Source of the DNA: an uncultured SAR86 cluster bacterium
Lineage (GTDB): Bacteria; Pseudomonadota; Gammaproteobacteria; Magnimaribacterales; D2472
Length of the DNA: 64,000 bases
Assembly (NCBI GenBank): GCA_902559345.1
Contig: CACEHH010000004.1
Location: forward strand, 1,458-65,457
Direction of reading: 5' to 3'
Shown here: positions 27,525 through 37,745 of the stretch, piece by piece
Position numbering within the stretch: position 1 is the stretch's first letter
Layout: each line of letters begins with the position of its first letter
Program-made: the position numbers and the translations under genes
Notes under the pieces: generated by a model
Databases searched by the model: none
Told to the model about the DNA's origin: nothing
Seen by the model: the letters and a program-made list of their open reading frames with translations, nothing else

Positions 27525-29774
27525 ATGGGTAAAAATGAATTCGATTCAATAAGTCTAAAAAAGTATGCGGAAGAGTCATATTTAAATTATGCAATGTATG
27601 TGATTCTTGATCGTGCTTTGCCAAACGTTGGCGATGGATTAAAGCCAGTTCAAAGAAGGATTTTATATGCTATGTCTGAATTGGGATTAGATGCATCTTC
27701 TAAGTATAAGAAATCTGCAAGAACAGTCGGCGATGTTATAGGAAAATTTCATCCTCATGGTGACAGTGCTGCATATGAAGCTATGGTTTTAATGGCACAA
27801 AATTTTTCATTTAAATATCCTCTAGTAGATGGTCAAGGTAACTGGGGGTCTCAGGATGATCCAAAATCATTTGCAGCAATGAGATATACAGAATCTAAAC
27901 TGACAAATTTTGCAAATCTACTCATTTCTGAACTCAAATCAGGAACTGTTGATTGGCAACCTAATTTTGATGGCTCACTTTTGGAGCCAGTAATTTTCCC
28001 ATCAAAAATTCCAATGATTTTATTAAATGGTACATCTGGTATAGCTGTAGGAATGGCAACAGATATACCATCTCATAATATTAATGAGATCATTGATGCA
28101 ACAATAAAAATTCTTGATAAACCAAAATCGGACTTAAAAGATATTTTGAAAATTATAAAAGGGCCAGATTTTTCTAATATGTCTTCAATTATCGCAAGTT
28201 ATGAAGAATTAGAAGAAATGTACTTTACTGGCAGAGGGGGTTTTAAAATTCAAGCAAATTGGAAGCAAGAAAAAAATCAGATAGTGATTGATGCCTTGCC
28301 ATACCAAGCATCTGGATCAAAAATTCTTGAGCAGATTGCTGAACAAATGGTTAATAAAAAACTTCCTATGGTTGTTGATTTAGCTGATGAAGGAGATCAT
28401 GAATTCCCAATAAGATTAGTTATTAGTTTGAAATCAAATAGAGTTAATGCTGAAGATCTAATGAATCATTTATTTGCATCTACTGACTTACAAAAGTCTT
28501 ATAGGGTCAATATGAATCTTATTTCTTTAAAAGGCGGACCTAAAGTTTTTCCTCTGATGGAATTATTAAAGGAATGGATAGTATTTAGAAAAAATACTGT
28601 TAAAAGAAAGCTTGAGCATAGACTTGATCAAGTAAATGATAGGCTGCATATCCTTGAGGGTTTATTATTAATTTTTATAGATATAGATAAAGTCATAAAA
28701 ATTATTAGAAACTCTGAATACCCTAAGAAAGAACTTATTAAAGCATTTAAATTGTCTGAGATTCAAGCAAATGCAATTTTAGAAATAAAATTAAGACAGT
28801 TAGCAAAACTCGAACAAATAAAATTGGAAAATGAGAGAGATCAATTAATATCAGAGCAAGAAAATATTGAAAAAATTCTTAAATCTAAGACAAGACTAAA
28901 GACTTTAATTAAGAATGAATTAATTGAAATAAAAGAAACTTTTGGAGAAGAAAGAATATCTCCAATTATAGAATCTTCTAAAGCGAAAATTTTCTCTGAA
29001 GAAGAGACTATTGTTACCGAACCTATAACGGTTGTTCTTTCAAAGGCGGGCTGGATTAGGAGCGCAAAAGGCCATGATATTGATCCTAAGTCATTATCGT
29101 ATAGGGGAGATGATTCATTGCAAGATTTTACAAGAGGTAAAAGTAACCAGCTTGCAGTATTTTTAGATTCAAATGGTAAAGCTTATTCTATAGCTAGCCA
29201 TTCATTGCCATCTGCAAGAGGCATGGGGGAACCAATTACAGGAAGGCTTAATGCTGATTCTGGAGTGCAGTTCATCTCGTCAGTTATTGGTAGCGATAAA
29301 GATAGATTTTTAATAATGAATTCAGGCGGTTATGGATACATAGCTGTTTACGAAAATATGACTTCTAATACAAAAAATGGAAGAGCATTTATGAAATTGC
29401 CGGAGAATGCTCAGATGCTAAAAGCTATTCCAGTTAGGGATGATCATACCCATATAGCTGCAGTATCAAATATTGGGAAGTTATTAATATTTGAAATAAG
29501 CGAGCTTCCTATTCTTGGTAAAGGCAAAGGAAATAAGATTATAAATATACCGAAAGCTAAATTAGCAAGCGGCGAAGAATTCATGGCCCATGCTCAACTT
29601 TTAGCAATTGATAGCTCTTTGAAAATAGAAGTAGGAAAGAGATCGGTTACTCTTAAACCTAAAGATTGGTCAGAATACATACTTTCAAGAGCTAAAAGGG
29701 GAAAGAAGGTAGGTAAACTAATTAACATTGAAAGACTTACTGAAGAGGTAAAGATTTCTAAAGACGATTCTTAA
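27525..29774 (+). CDS. parC: DNA topoisomerase IV subunit A
   Basis: 749 aa. [24 protein letters not shown] (active-site Tyr). Confidence 0.9.
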   Translation: MGKNEFDSISLKKYAEESYLNYAMYVILDRALPNVGDGLKPVQRRILYAMSELGLDASSKYKKSARTVGDVIGKFHPHGDSAAYEAMVLMAQNFSFKYPLVDGQGNWGSQDDPKSFAAMRYTESKLTNFANLLISELKSGTVDWQPNFDGSLLEPVIFPSKIPMILLNGTSGIAVGMATDIPSHNINEIIDATIKILDKPKSDLKDILKIIKGPDFSNMSSIIASYEELEEMYFTGRGGFKIQANWKQEKNQIVIDALPYQASGSKILEQIAEQMVNKKLPMVVDLADEGDHEFPIRLVISLKSNRVNAEDLMNHLFASTDLQKSYRVNMNLISLKGGPKVFPLMELLKEWIVFRKNTVKRKLEHRLDQVNDRLHILEGLLLIFIDIDKVIKIIRNSEYPKKELIKAFKLSEIQANAILEIKLRQLAKLEQIKLENERDQLISEQENIEKILKSKTRLKTLIKNELIEIKETFGEERISPIIESSKAKIFSEEETIVTEPITVVLSKAGWIRSAKGHDIDPKSLSYRGDDSLQDFTRGKSNQLAVFLDSNGKAYSIASHSLPSARGMGEPITGRLNADSGVQFISSVIGSDKDRFLIMNSGGYGYIAVYENMTSNTKNGRAFMKLPENAQMLKAIPVRDDHTHIAAVSNIGKLLIFEISELPILGKGKGNKIINIPKAKLASGEEFMAHAQLLAIDSSLKIEVGKRSVTLKPKDWSEYILSRAKRGKKVGKLINIERLTEEVKISKDDS

Positions 29775-29794
29775 TTACATATTGGTTATCGAAA

Positions 29795-30277
29795 TTGGTT
29801 AAGGTCGAAGAAGTTAATAATTATTATTTAGTTTCGTTGAGTCCAAATAGTTCATTGGTAGGCATATATAGAATCATCTTCTTGGCAAGCATTACATTCG
29901 TGTGTATAGGTATTGGTATAGTCTTTTATTTTTTTGGTGCTGCTCTAATACTCCCATTTGCTGGACTTGAAATAACAATTTTATTTATTGCTTTTTATTT
30001 AAGTTTTAAATGGAGTAGTAAGCGAGAAAAAATATATATATCTCAAGAGATTGTAAAGATTGAAAAAGGCATAAAAAAGGCAGAATATTCATGGAAAGAA
30101 TTTAGAACCTTCACTCACTTTCATATAAAAAAACAAACAGATAAGACTATTAGATTAAGCTTTAGATCAAAAGGGAAAAATATTTTTATTGGAGACTTTC
30201 TAAACGAGGATGATAAAAATACTTTAATAGATGAAATTAGTAGAATTATTGAAAATCTTAACTCAAAGAGCTTTTAA
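29795..30277 (+). CDS. DUF2244-like two-TM membrane protein
   Basis: 160 aa, TTG start. Two TM helices with LPFAGLE, then a soluble C-terminal domain. Confidence 0.55.
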   Translation: MVKVEEVNNYYLVSLSPNSSLVGIYRIIFLASITFVCIGIGIVFYFFGAALILPFAGLEITILFIAFYLSFKWSSKREKIYISQEIVKIEKGIKKAEYSWKEFRTFTHFHIKKQTDKTIRLSFRSKGKNIFIGDFLNEDDKNTLIDEISRIIENLNSKSF

Positions 30278-31530
30278 GATTTCCACTTGGATAGTTTTTT
30301 CTTTGCTTTTATTAGTTTTAACTTTTCTATTTTTGGAACCCCATTTTCAAATTTAGGATATGCCTCTCCAATAATTAATGGTTTGAGATATTTCATTGCC
30401 CTTGAAGTTACATCAAACCCATCTCTAGAAATATAGGACTTAGGTAACTTCTTTTCTACATTAGCTATTTTCGAAAGAGGAGCAGCCTTTATGCTCCATG
30501 TATATTTCTTTCCTGTTCCTCTTACAATAACTGGCATAACCCCATTCATTCCTTTTATTGCAAATTTGACAGCATGAATTCCAACAGCTTTAGCATGAAG
30601 AAGGTCTGTTTTTGATGCAATATGGCGTGCACTTCTTTGAAGATAATCTGAAACGGCCCAATGATTTTTTAAATTTAATTCTTTTGAAACTAGTGATGCT
30701 AAATATGGAGCTACACCTCCAAGTTGTGAATGCCCAAAAGCATCTTTGATATTAGATTCTGCTAAAAACTTACCTTTTTTATTCTTTACACCTTCTGATG
30801 CAACAATTACACAATACCCATTTTTTTTCACGACATCTTTAATTTTTGATAAAAATCTTTGTTTATTAAATATAACTTCTGGAAGAAGAATAATATGAGG
30901 AGCATTATTTACTGAGCTCCTTGCAAGAGCAGAAGATGCAGCCATCCATCCAGCATGCCTACCCATAACCTCAAGAATGAAAACTTTTGTGGATGTTTCT
31001 GACATTGATGCAACATCCAATGATGCCTCCATTGTCGAAGTTGCAATATATTTCGCTGCTGAACCAAATCCTGGGCAACAATCTGTAATCGCTAGGTCAT
31101 TGTCAACAGTTTTTGGAATAGCAATACAGTTGATTGGAAAATCAAGCTTTACACTAATCTGAGAAACTTTATATGCAGTATCTGCAGAATCGTTTCCTCC
31201 ATTATAAAAAAAATAGCCTATGTTATGAGCTTTAAAAACCTCTACAAGTCTTTCATACTCTTTTTTATTTTTATCAAGATCTTTAAGCTTTAATCTGCAA
31301 GAACCAAATACACCACCAGGCCTAGAGCTTAGAGATTTAATTGCTGATAAACTTTCTTTTGAAGTATCAATAAGCTCCTCTCTTAATGCTCCCAAGATTC
31401 CATTTTCCCCAGCATATACTTTACCAATCTTAGATTTATGTTTTTGAGCCTCTAAAATTAATGAAGAAGCAGTGGCATTTATTACTGAAGTTACTCCTCC
31501 TGATTGAGCATAAAATGCATTTTTTTTCAT
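30274..31530 (-). CDS. pfp: Pyrophosphate-dependent 6-phosphofructokinase (PfkA family)
   Basis: GGNDS (Asp at the E. coli Gly104 position) and PKTVDND (Lys at the Gly124 position) are the PPi-type diagnostic residues. Preferred start is MKKNAFY at 31530 (GGGGA 5 nt upstream). The track start 31563 is an alternative. Confidence 0.8.
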   Translation of the reverse strand: MKKNAFYAQSGGVTSVINATASSLILEAQKHKSKIGKVYAGENGILGALREELIDTSKESLSAIKSLSSRPGGVFGSCRLKLKDLDKNKKEYERLVEVFKAHNIGYFFYNGGNDSADTAYKVSQISVKLDFPINCIAIPKTVDNDLAITDCCPGFGSAAKYIATSTMEASLDVASMSETSTKVFILEVMGRHAGWMAASSALARSSVNNAPHIILLPEVIFNKQRFLSKIKDVVKKNGYCVIVASEGVKNKKGKFLAESNIKDAFGHSQLGGVAPYLASLVSKELNLKNHWAVSDYLQRSARHIASKTDLLHAKAVGIHAVKFAIKGMNGVMPVIVRGTGKKYTWSIKAAPLSKIANVEKKLPKSYISRDGFDVTSRAMKYLKPLIIGEAYPKFENGVPKIEKLKLIKAKKKLSKWKS

Positions 31531-31582
31531 TATTTCCCCGCTTATACTTTGAATAAAATTCAAGTATCGTATTATAACTAAT

Positions 31583-32881
31583 ATGAGAATACATATCCTA
31601 GGTGTTTGCGGAACCTTTATGGCTGGCCTTGCTCATATTCTTGTTGAATCAGGCCATAAGGTTTCAGGTTCGGATAACCAATTTTATCCACCCATGTCCG
31701 AATACCTTAAAAAAATAGGTATCAAAACTATTCATGGTTATGAAAAAGACTTATTACCAGAAGCAGATTTATATGTAATCGGCAATGCTTTATCAAGAGG
31801 TAATGAGTGCGTTGAATATATTTTAGAGAAAAAACTCCCATATGTTTCAGGACCTCAAATGCTTGGAGAAGAATTAAAAAACAGGAATGTTTTTGCTGTA
31901 TCTGGCACTCATGGTAAGACAACAACATCATATATGCTTGCCCACATCTTAAATGATCAAGGGAGAGATATTGGGTATTTAGTTGGCGGTATTTCAAAGA
32001 ACTTCGAGAATTCTGCAAGACTTGGAACGCATAAATCATTTGTTATAGAGGCGGATGAATATGATTCAGCTTTTTTTGATAAGCGTTCAAAATTTATTCA
32101 TTATTCCCCATTAAATTTAATTATAAATAATATTGAGTTTGATCATGCTGATATTTTTGATGATATCAATGATATTAAAAAACAATTTCATCATCTTATA
32201 AAAATTATTCCAAACGTAGGGAATATAATTTATTTTCAAGATGATGCTAATAGTCTAGAGGTTATTAAAGATGGATTATGGTGCAAGCAAATACCAATAA
32301 ACTCAGATTCAATAAAGATAAATTTTAAGTCAATGGAGCTAATAGTAGATAAAGAAGTATTTTCAATTAAAGATTTACCATTAATTGGAGAGCATAATTT
32401 TAGAAATTATATTTGTGCAATTCTTGCAGCAAGGTTAGACGGAGTGACAATTAATGACTCAATTAATTCATTGAAAACTTTTAAAGGCGTTCTTAGGAGA
32501 ATGGATTTAGTAGGTGAATTCTCAGGAGTAAGTATTTATGATGACTTTGCTCATCATCCAACAGCAATAAAGCTTGCAACATCTGCAATAAGAGAAAATT
32601 TTCCAAATAAGAAGATATTAGGATTGGTAGAGCTTGGGTCTAACACGATGTCTTCAGGGCATCATAAAGGAGATCTTCTTGAGTCATATCAATTGCTTGA
32701 TAAAACTATTTTGTTAGATCACAAAAAAGTATATGAGCTTGAAAATACTTTTTATTCTACTGAAGAGATTCTAAAAGAGCTCAAGGAAATAATTTTTGAA
32801 TATGATATTATTTTAATAATGACTAATAAAGATAGTCAAAAATTTATTCAACCAATAATTAATTATCTTGAAGAAAAATAA
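31583..32881 (+). CDS. mpl: UDP-N-acetylmuramate:L-alanyl-gamma-D-glutamyl-meso-DAP ligase (murein peptide ligase)
   Basis: MRIHILGVCGTFMAGLA N-terminus. GTHGKTTT P-loop. 432 aa. Confidence 0.88.
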   Translation: MRIHILGVCGTFMAGLAHILVESGHKVSGSDNQFYPPMSEYLKKIGIKTIHGYEKDLLPEADLYVIGNALSRGNECVEYILEKKLPYVSGPQMLGEELKNRNVFAVSGTHGKTTTSYMLAHILNDQGRDIGYLVGGISKNFENSARLGTHKSFVIEADEYDSAFFDKRSKFIHYSPLNLIINNIEFDHADIFDDINDIKKQFHHLIKIIPNVGNIIYFQDDANSLEVIKDGLWCKQIPINSDSIKINFKSMELIVDKEVFSIKDLPLIGEHNFRNYICAILAARLDGVTINDSINSLKTFKGVLRRMDLVGEFSGVSIYDDFAHHPTAIKLATSAIRENFPNKKILGLVELGSNTMSSGHHKGDLLESYQLLDKTILLDHKKVYELENTFYSTEEILKELKEIIFEYDIILIMTNKDSQKFIQPIINYLEEK

Positions 32882-33458
32882 TTTACCAATATTTCCTTTA
32901 GAGCTTGTTGCTTTACCTGGGACAATCCAGAATCTTCAAATCTTTGAACCAAGATACATAGATATGGTCAAGAGATGCATGGAAGACAATCATGGATTTG
33001 TTATTACTTTCCAAAAACAGCTTTTAAAAAAAGATGGATATGAAATTTCTAAAAAAGGAGCTTACGTAGAAATAATTGATTTTAATAATCTTCGCAATGG
33101 ACTGCTTGGCATAACTGTAAAATCAATAGATAAGGTATCTATTAAGAATATAATTCGACTAGAAGATGGCCTCAATATTGCTGACATATATCCAATAATA
33201 GACCCTGAGGTTGACGATCAAGCATTGCTAGCTGAGTTTCCTGAGATCTCAAATATTCTTTCACAAATCATAAAACATCCAAGAGTTGCTGATATGCAAA
33301 TCAGTGTTGACTTTAATTCTGCTGACTCTGTTGCATATCACTTGGCTGGCCTTATTCCATTATCATGGAATAATAAACAGCATTTATTAGAAGCATTTGA
33401 TGCGTCTCAAAGAATGTCTATTCTTTCGAAATACATACAAGATATTTCATCTAAATAG
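32868..33458 (+). CDS. LON substrate-binding (Lon N-terminal) domain protein
   Basis: LPIFPL...LPG...LQIFEPRY motif. 196 aa. TTG start. Confidence 0.75.
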   Translation: MKKNNLPIFPLELVALPGTIQNLQIFEPRYIDMVKRCMEDNHGFVITFQKQLLKKDGYEISKKGAYVEIIDFNNLRNGLLGITVKSIDKVSIKNIIRLEDGLNIADIYPIIDPEVDDQALLAEFPEISNILSQIIKHPRVADMQISVDFNSADSVAYHLAGLIPLSWNNKQHLLEAFDASQRMSILSKYIQDISSK

Positions 33459-33462
33459 TGGA

Positions 33463-33741
33463 TTAGACTTTTAATGGCGGCTTGTTGCTTTTTTTTCTTA
33501 ACCAATTAATGGTCTTTAGTATTTTTGGCATAGCTACGATTCTTCTTTCAATATAATATTTTCCTGGATAGTTACTTAAGATCAGTCCTATAAATATAGT
33601 AAACAGGCCTTGACCTGGAACAAAGAGCATAATTATCCCACCCAAGATAAGAGTATATCCAATTAAATTCTTAATAATGGTTGTTAATAACCATAGATAA
33701 GGACGTTTTGATTTAAATATAGAGTCATTTTTTTTTAACAA
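33463..33741 (-). CDS. Small membrane protein (PGPGW-like); probably the 3' part of a gene split at an A9 run
   Basis: 92 aa, TTG start. Two TM helices around VPGQGLF. Confidence 0.5.
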   Translation of the reverse strand: MLKKNDSIFKSKRPYLWLLTTIIKNLIGYTLILGGIIMLFVPGQGLFTIFIGLILSNYPGKYYIERRIVAMPKILKTINWLRKKSNKPPLKV

Positions 33742-33886
33742 AATAATCGCTTGGAATTAATGCAACTAGCCATTTTATAGATACCAAACTGAATATAAAT
33801 ATTGCTATGGATATAGCAACTAGCCATGCAATATAAATTTTATATTTTGTTATAAAATCTTCAGCAATATCAAAGTTAATTTCCAA
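33725..33886 (-). CDS. 53-aa one-TM ORF, candidate 5' part of the same membrane-protein gene
   Basis: My translation: (TTG)EINFDIAEDFITKYKIYIAWLVAISIAIFIFSLVSIKWLVALIPSDYFVKKK*. It ends in the A9 run at 33728-33736. Removing one A joins it in frame to the 92-aa ORF. Confidence 0.35.
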   Translation of the reverse strand: MEINFDIAEDFITKYKIYIAWLVAISIAIFIFSLVSIKWLVALIPSDYFVKKK

Positions 33887-33958
33887 ATTTACTTACCTTT
33901 TTTAACTATTTTGATTTAGTATATCAATTACTATCAGATTAATAATTTTAACTTAATA

Positions 33959-34303
33959 TTGTCGAATAAAAATCTCTCTGAAATATGCAATAAAAGCTTA
34001 ACCGAAAGCAAGGCTGAAGATATTCTTTCCCTTAATGTAAAAGATATATCTTCTTTTGCTGATGAAATTATTTTAGCTACTGCAAATTCAAATAGACATG
34101 CAGCTTCAACATCTCAAAAATTAGTAGACTCTCTTAAAAAAAATAAAATTGACATTATAGGAGTGGAAGGTGAGATTGAATCAGGGTGGGTTCTTGTAGA
34201 TTGTGGAGATGTCGTAGTCAATATTATGAAAAAAGATGAAAGAGAATTTTACGACTTAGAGGGTCTTTGGGGAGATGGTAGGCTCATAAAGAAATATAGA
34301 TAA
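33959..34303 (+). CDS. rsfS: Ribosomal silencing factor RsfS (iojap)
   Basis: 114 aa. ADEIILATANSNRH, WVLVDCGDVVVNIM, EFYDLEGLW. Confidence 0.9.
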   Translation: MSNKNLSEICNKSLTESKAEDILSLNVKDISSFADEIILATANSNRHAASTSQKLVDSLKKNKIDIIGVEGEIESGWVLVDCGDVVVNIMKKDEREFYDLEGLWGDGRLIKKYR

Positions 34304-34767
34304 TGCGAATAAAGATTATAAGTATTGGGAAAAAAATACGTTCATGGGAAAAAGAATCCATTGAATATTATTTAAAACAACTACCTAAAAATTTTAGTAT
34401 TGATTTAATCAATATAGGAGGCTTACAGCATCCCAAAATTTCTAAAAAAGAAATTATTGAAAAAGAATCTAAATTATTAATGGAAAAGATATCCAAAGAA
34501 GATTATGTTGTTGCATGGGACTCATGTGGTGAAAAAATAAATAGTGAAACTTTGGCTAGTTTTTTATCAGAAAACTTTGAAATAAATAATTCAATTTGCT
34601 TTTTAGTAGGGGGCTCATTTGGACTTTCAGCTGATATTAAGAAAATATCAAATAAAGTTTTTTCTGCCTCCATGCTAACATTTCCGCACAGATTGTTTAG
34701 AGTAATATTAGTGGAACAAATATATAGAGCTCATACAATAATAAATAAGATGCCATATCACAAATGA
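34303..34767 (+). CDS. rlmH: 23S rRNA (pseudouridine1915-N3)-methyltransferase
   Basis: 154 aa SPOUT protein. FLVGGSFGLS, LTFPHRLFRVILVEQIYRA. Confidence 0.9.
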   Translation: MRIKIISIGKKIRSWEKESIEYYLKQLPKNFSIDLINIGGLQHPKISKKEIIEKESKLLMEKISKEDYVVAWDSCGEKINSETLASFLSENFEINNSICFLVGGSFGLSADIKKISNKVFSASMLTFPHRLFRVILVEQIYRAHTIINKMPYHK

Positions 34768-36605
34768 TTGATTTAAACGAAAGATATCAAGAGAAGAATA
34801 ATTTTTTCAAGAGAATAGCGCTGCTTTATGTATTTTTTGGATTTTTATTTTTATTGTTTTTATATCGAACGTTTACTCTTCAGATATCTAGTTATACTGA
34901 CTATGAATTAGCATCAATAGAAAATAAAACAAAAGAGATGCTGATTCAGCCTAAGAGAGGGATTATTTATGATAGGAATGGCGAGATTATTGTAAATAAT
35001 GTACCAAGTTATAGTTTAATAACCAAACCCTCTCAGATAGGAAACATAGAATCTCATATTGAAGCAATTAAAGTTTTTATAGATATTTCTGATGATGATG
35101 CTCTTCACGCAAAAGAAAATTATAAGAGAATTGCTAAATTAAACAGAGAGCTAACTTTAAAAAACAATCTTACAATGGAAGAGATTGCTAGATTTGAAAC
35201 TAGAAGACACAAGTTTCCTAATACATTTATAGATGAAAGATATTCTAGATTTACCTTATATCCAGAATTGTTCTCACATTCGATTGGATATGTTGGTAAC
35301 TTAAATGATGATGATTTGGAGCAAATATTGCATGAGCAAAATTTAAAACCAAAAGAAACTATATTTGTATACTCTAATGGTTATATCAGAGGAATGACTG
35401 GTATAGAAAATATTTATGATAAAAAATTAAGAGGAACATATGGCAAAAAAGTTTACGAAGTTGATGCCGCGGGAAAATTATTAAACGAAATTGAAATCAT
35501 CCCATCCATTAATGGAGAAGATTTGTATACTTCTTTAGATATTGAAAGCCAAAAAGTAGCATTTGATCAATTGAATAATAGAAGAGGAGCGGTTGTTGCC
35601 GTAGAGATCGATACCGGTTCAATCGTAACTTATATAAGTTCGCCTTCATTTCCATTAAACCGTGTTGCCAATGGCATGTCTGCTAAAGACTTTAATAAAC
35701 TTTTGAATGATACAGATAAACCTTTTTTTGATCGTGCAGGCCAAGGAAGATATTCACCAGCATCTACTATAAAGCCAGCAATAGGGTTATTTGGTATAGA
35801 GAATGAGATAATTGATTGGAATTTTACAATTAATGATCCTGGGTTTTTTATATTGCCTGAAGATAATAGAGTTTATAGAGGTTGGAAGAAAGGAGGTCAT
35901 GGCGAAATCAATCTAAAAGAAGCAATTATTGAGAGCTCAAATACTTTCTTTTTTTCACTTGCATACGAATCTGAGATAGAACAATTAGTTGAACACTTAT
36001 CTTATTTTGGTTTTGGTAGGAATGTATGCATAGATTGTTTTTTGCCTGATAAAGGGCTTTTACCAAATCCAGAATGGAAGATGAATACATTGAATTTTAG
36101 TTGGTTTAAGGGCGATACTGTTAATTTAGGAGTTGGGCAAGGATACTTGAGCGCCACCCCTTTACAATTGGCATATTATTCAGCATTTTTGGCAAAGAAA
36201 GGAGAGTTAAATAAATTTTCTTTTGTTCAGCAGGATATAGATGCGTCTGTAGATACTTTTATTAGCAAAAATATAAATAATGATGATTGGAAAAAATTGC
36301 ATGAAAGCATGATCGGCGTAATTGATAACCCCAAAGGAACAGCTGGGAGATTAAGAAATTTAAAAGATTATACTGTAGCTGCAAAATCTGGAACTGTTGA
36401 ACTTGTTAGTACTGAAACCAAAGAGGATTATAAAATAATTAGAGAGACAGAAGGTAAAAGAGACCATGCAATAATAATAGCCTTTGCACCCATGCCAAAC
36501 CCTAAATATGCAGTAAGCGTAGTAATAGAAAATGGTGAAAGTGGAGGCTCAGTTGCTGGCCCTGTTGCTATAGAAGTATTAAATACATTACTTGAGAATG
36601 ATTAA
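34764..36605 (+). CDS. mrdA: Penicillin-binding protein 2 (elongasome transpeptidase)
   Basis: 613 aa. N-terminal TM helix. STIKP (SxxK), SSN (SxN) and KSGT (KxG) motifs. Confidence 0.9.
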   Translation: MIDLNERYQEKNNFFKRIALLYVFFGFLFLLFLYRTFTLQISSYTDYELASIENKTKEMLIQPKRGIIYDRNGEIIVNNVPSYSLITKPSQIGNIESHIEAIKVFIDISDDDALHAKENYKRIAKLNRELTLKNNLTMEEIARFETRRHKFPNTFIDERYSRFTLYPELFSHSIGYVGNLNDDDLEQILHEQNLKPKETIFVYSNGYIRGMTGIENIYDKKLRGTYGKKVYEVDAAGKLLNEIEIIPSINGEDLYTSLDIESQKVAFDQLNNRRGAVVAVEIDTGSIVTYISSPSFPLNRVANGMSAKDFNKLLNDTDKPFFDRAGQGRYSPASTIKPAIGLFGIENEIIDWNFTINDPGFFILPEDNRVYRGWKKGGHGEINLKEAIIESSNTFFFSLAYESEIEQLVEHLSYFGFGRNVCIDCFLPDKGLLPNPEWKMNTLNFSWFKGDTVNLGVGQGYLSATPLQLAYYSAFLAKKGELNKFSFVQQDIDASVDTFISKNINNDDWKKLHESMIGVIDNPKGTAGRLRNLKDYTVAAKSGTVELVSTETKEDYKIIRETEGKRDHAIIIAFAPMPNPKYAVSVVIENGESGGSVAGPVAIEVLNTLLEND

Positions 36606-37698
36606 ATTATTAAACTTATTTAAGAAAAAAATTTATTTCGACCAATACTTATTTATTTCAATAACAATATTATCAATAATGGGACTTTTGTTTTTATACA
36701 GTGCTTCACAAGATAATATCGAGACAACTATTAAACAATCATTTTTTGTTATGTTTGGTTTAATACTAATGTTTTTATTAAGTCAATTAGATCCTGATTT
36801 TTATAAAAACAATGCATCAATTTTCTTTCTACTCACAATTTTTTTAATATTAATCACTTTTTTCTTTGGTAAAGAAGTAAATGGTGCCAAAAGATGGCTA
36901 GATCTTGGGTTTTTTACCTTACAGTCGTCTGAAATTGTTAAAATTTCTCTACCAATTTTTTTGGCAGCATATCTTTATGATAAGGCTCTTCCTATAAGCT
37001 TATTGCACACATTTATAACTATTGTAACTATTCTTATTGTTGTAAATTTAGTTCGCATTCAACCTGATTTGGGAACTAGCCTAGTAATATTTTTAGCAGG
37101 GTTATACATCTTATTTTTAGCTGGCTTAAGTTGGAGGTTTATTGGCATATCTCTTACTATCCTCATTTTATCTCTGCCCTTTATTTGGAATAATTTCTTA
37201 GAACCATTTCAAAGACAAAGAGTTCTCACATTATTAGATCCAAATGCAGATCCATATGGCTCTGGTTGGAATATTATGCAATCAAAAATTGCTATTGGAT
37301 CGGGAGGAATTCAAGGAAAAGGATATGGTGAGGGTACCCAAGCACATTTAGATTTTTTACCTGAGACAGAGACTGATTTTATATTTTCAGTAGTTGCAGA
37401 AGAGTTTGGCTTTATCGGAGTCTGCTTTTTACTAATAACCTTTTTTTTCATTATGTTTAGATGCCTATATTTAGCATTAAATGCTCGGGATAGATTTTGT
37501 AGACTTACTATTGGAGGATTAAGCTTGTTATTTATCTCAACAGTATTTATTAATCTTGCTATGGTGGTTGGCATAATACCAGTTGTAGGCATGCCACTTC
37601 CTTTTATAAGCAAAGGCGGCTCATCTTTGTTATCATTCTACATAGCGTTTGGGATTATAATTTCTATGGCTACACATAAGAAACTTATGCAAAAATGA
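36592..37698 (+). CDS. rodA: Rod shape-determining SEDS glycosyltransferase RodA
   Basis: 10-TM SEDS protein. QPDLGT, DFIFSVVAEEFGF, GMPLPFISKGGSS. The track start is TTG at 36592; an alternative ATG lies at 36598. Confidence 0.9.
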   Translation: MRMIKLLNLFKKKIYFDQYLFISITILSIMGLLFLYSASQDNIETTIKQSFFVMFGLILMFLLSQLDPDFYKNNASIFFLLTIFLILITFFFGKEVNGAKRWLDLGFFTLQSSEIVKISLPIFLAAYLYDKALPISLLHTFITIVTILIVVNLVRIQPDLGTSLVIFLAGLYILFLAGLSWRFIGISLTILILSLPFIWNNFLEPFQRQRVLTLLDPNADPYGSGWNIMQSKIAIGSGGIQGKGYGEGTQAHLDFLPETETDFIFSVVAEEFGFIGVCFLLITFFFIMFRCLYLALNARDRFCRLTIGGLSLLFISTVFINLAMVVGIIPVVGMPLPFISKGGSSLLSFYIAFGIIISMATHKKLMQK

Positions 37699-37745
37699 AA
37701 AATTATTACTTTGTAACAAATCAGCCTATATAACGTTCTATCAAT

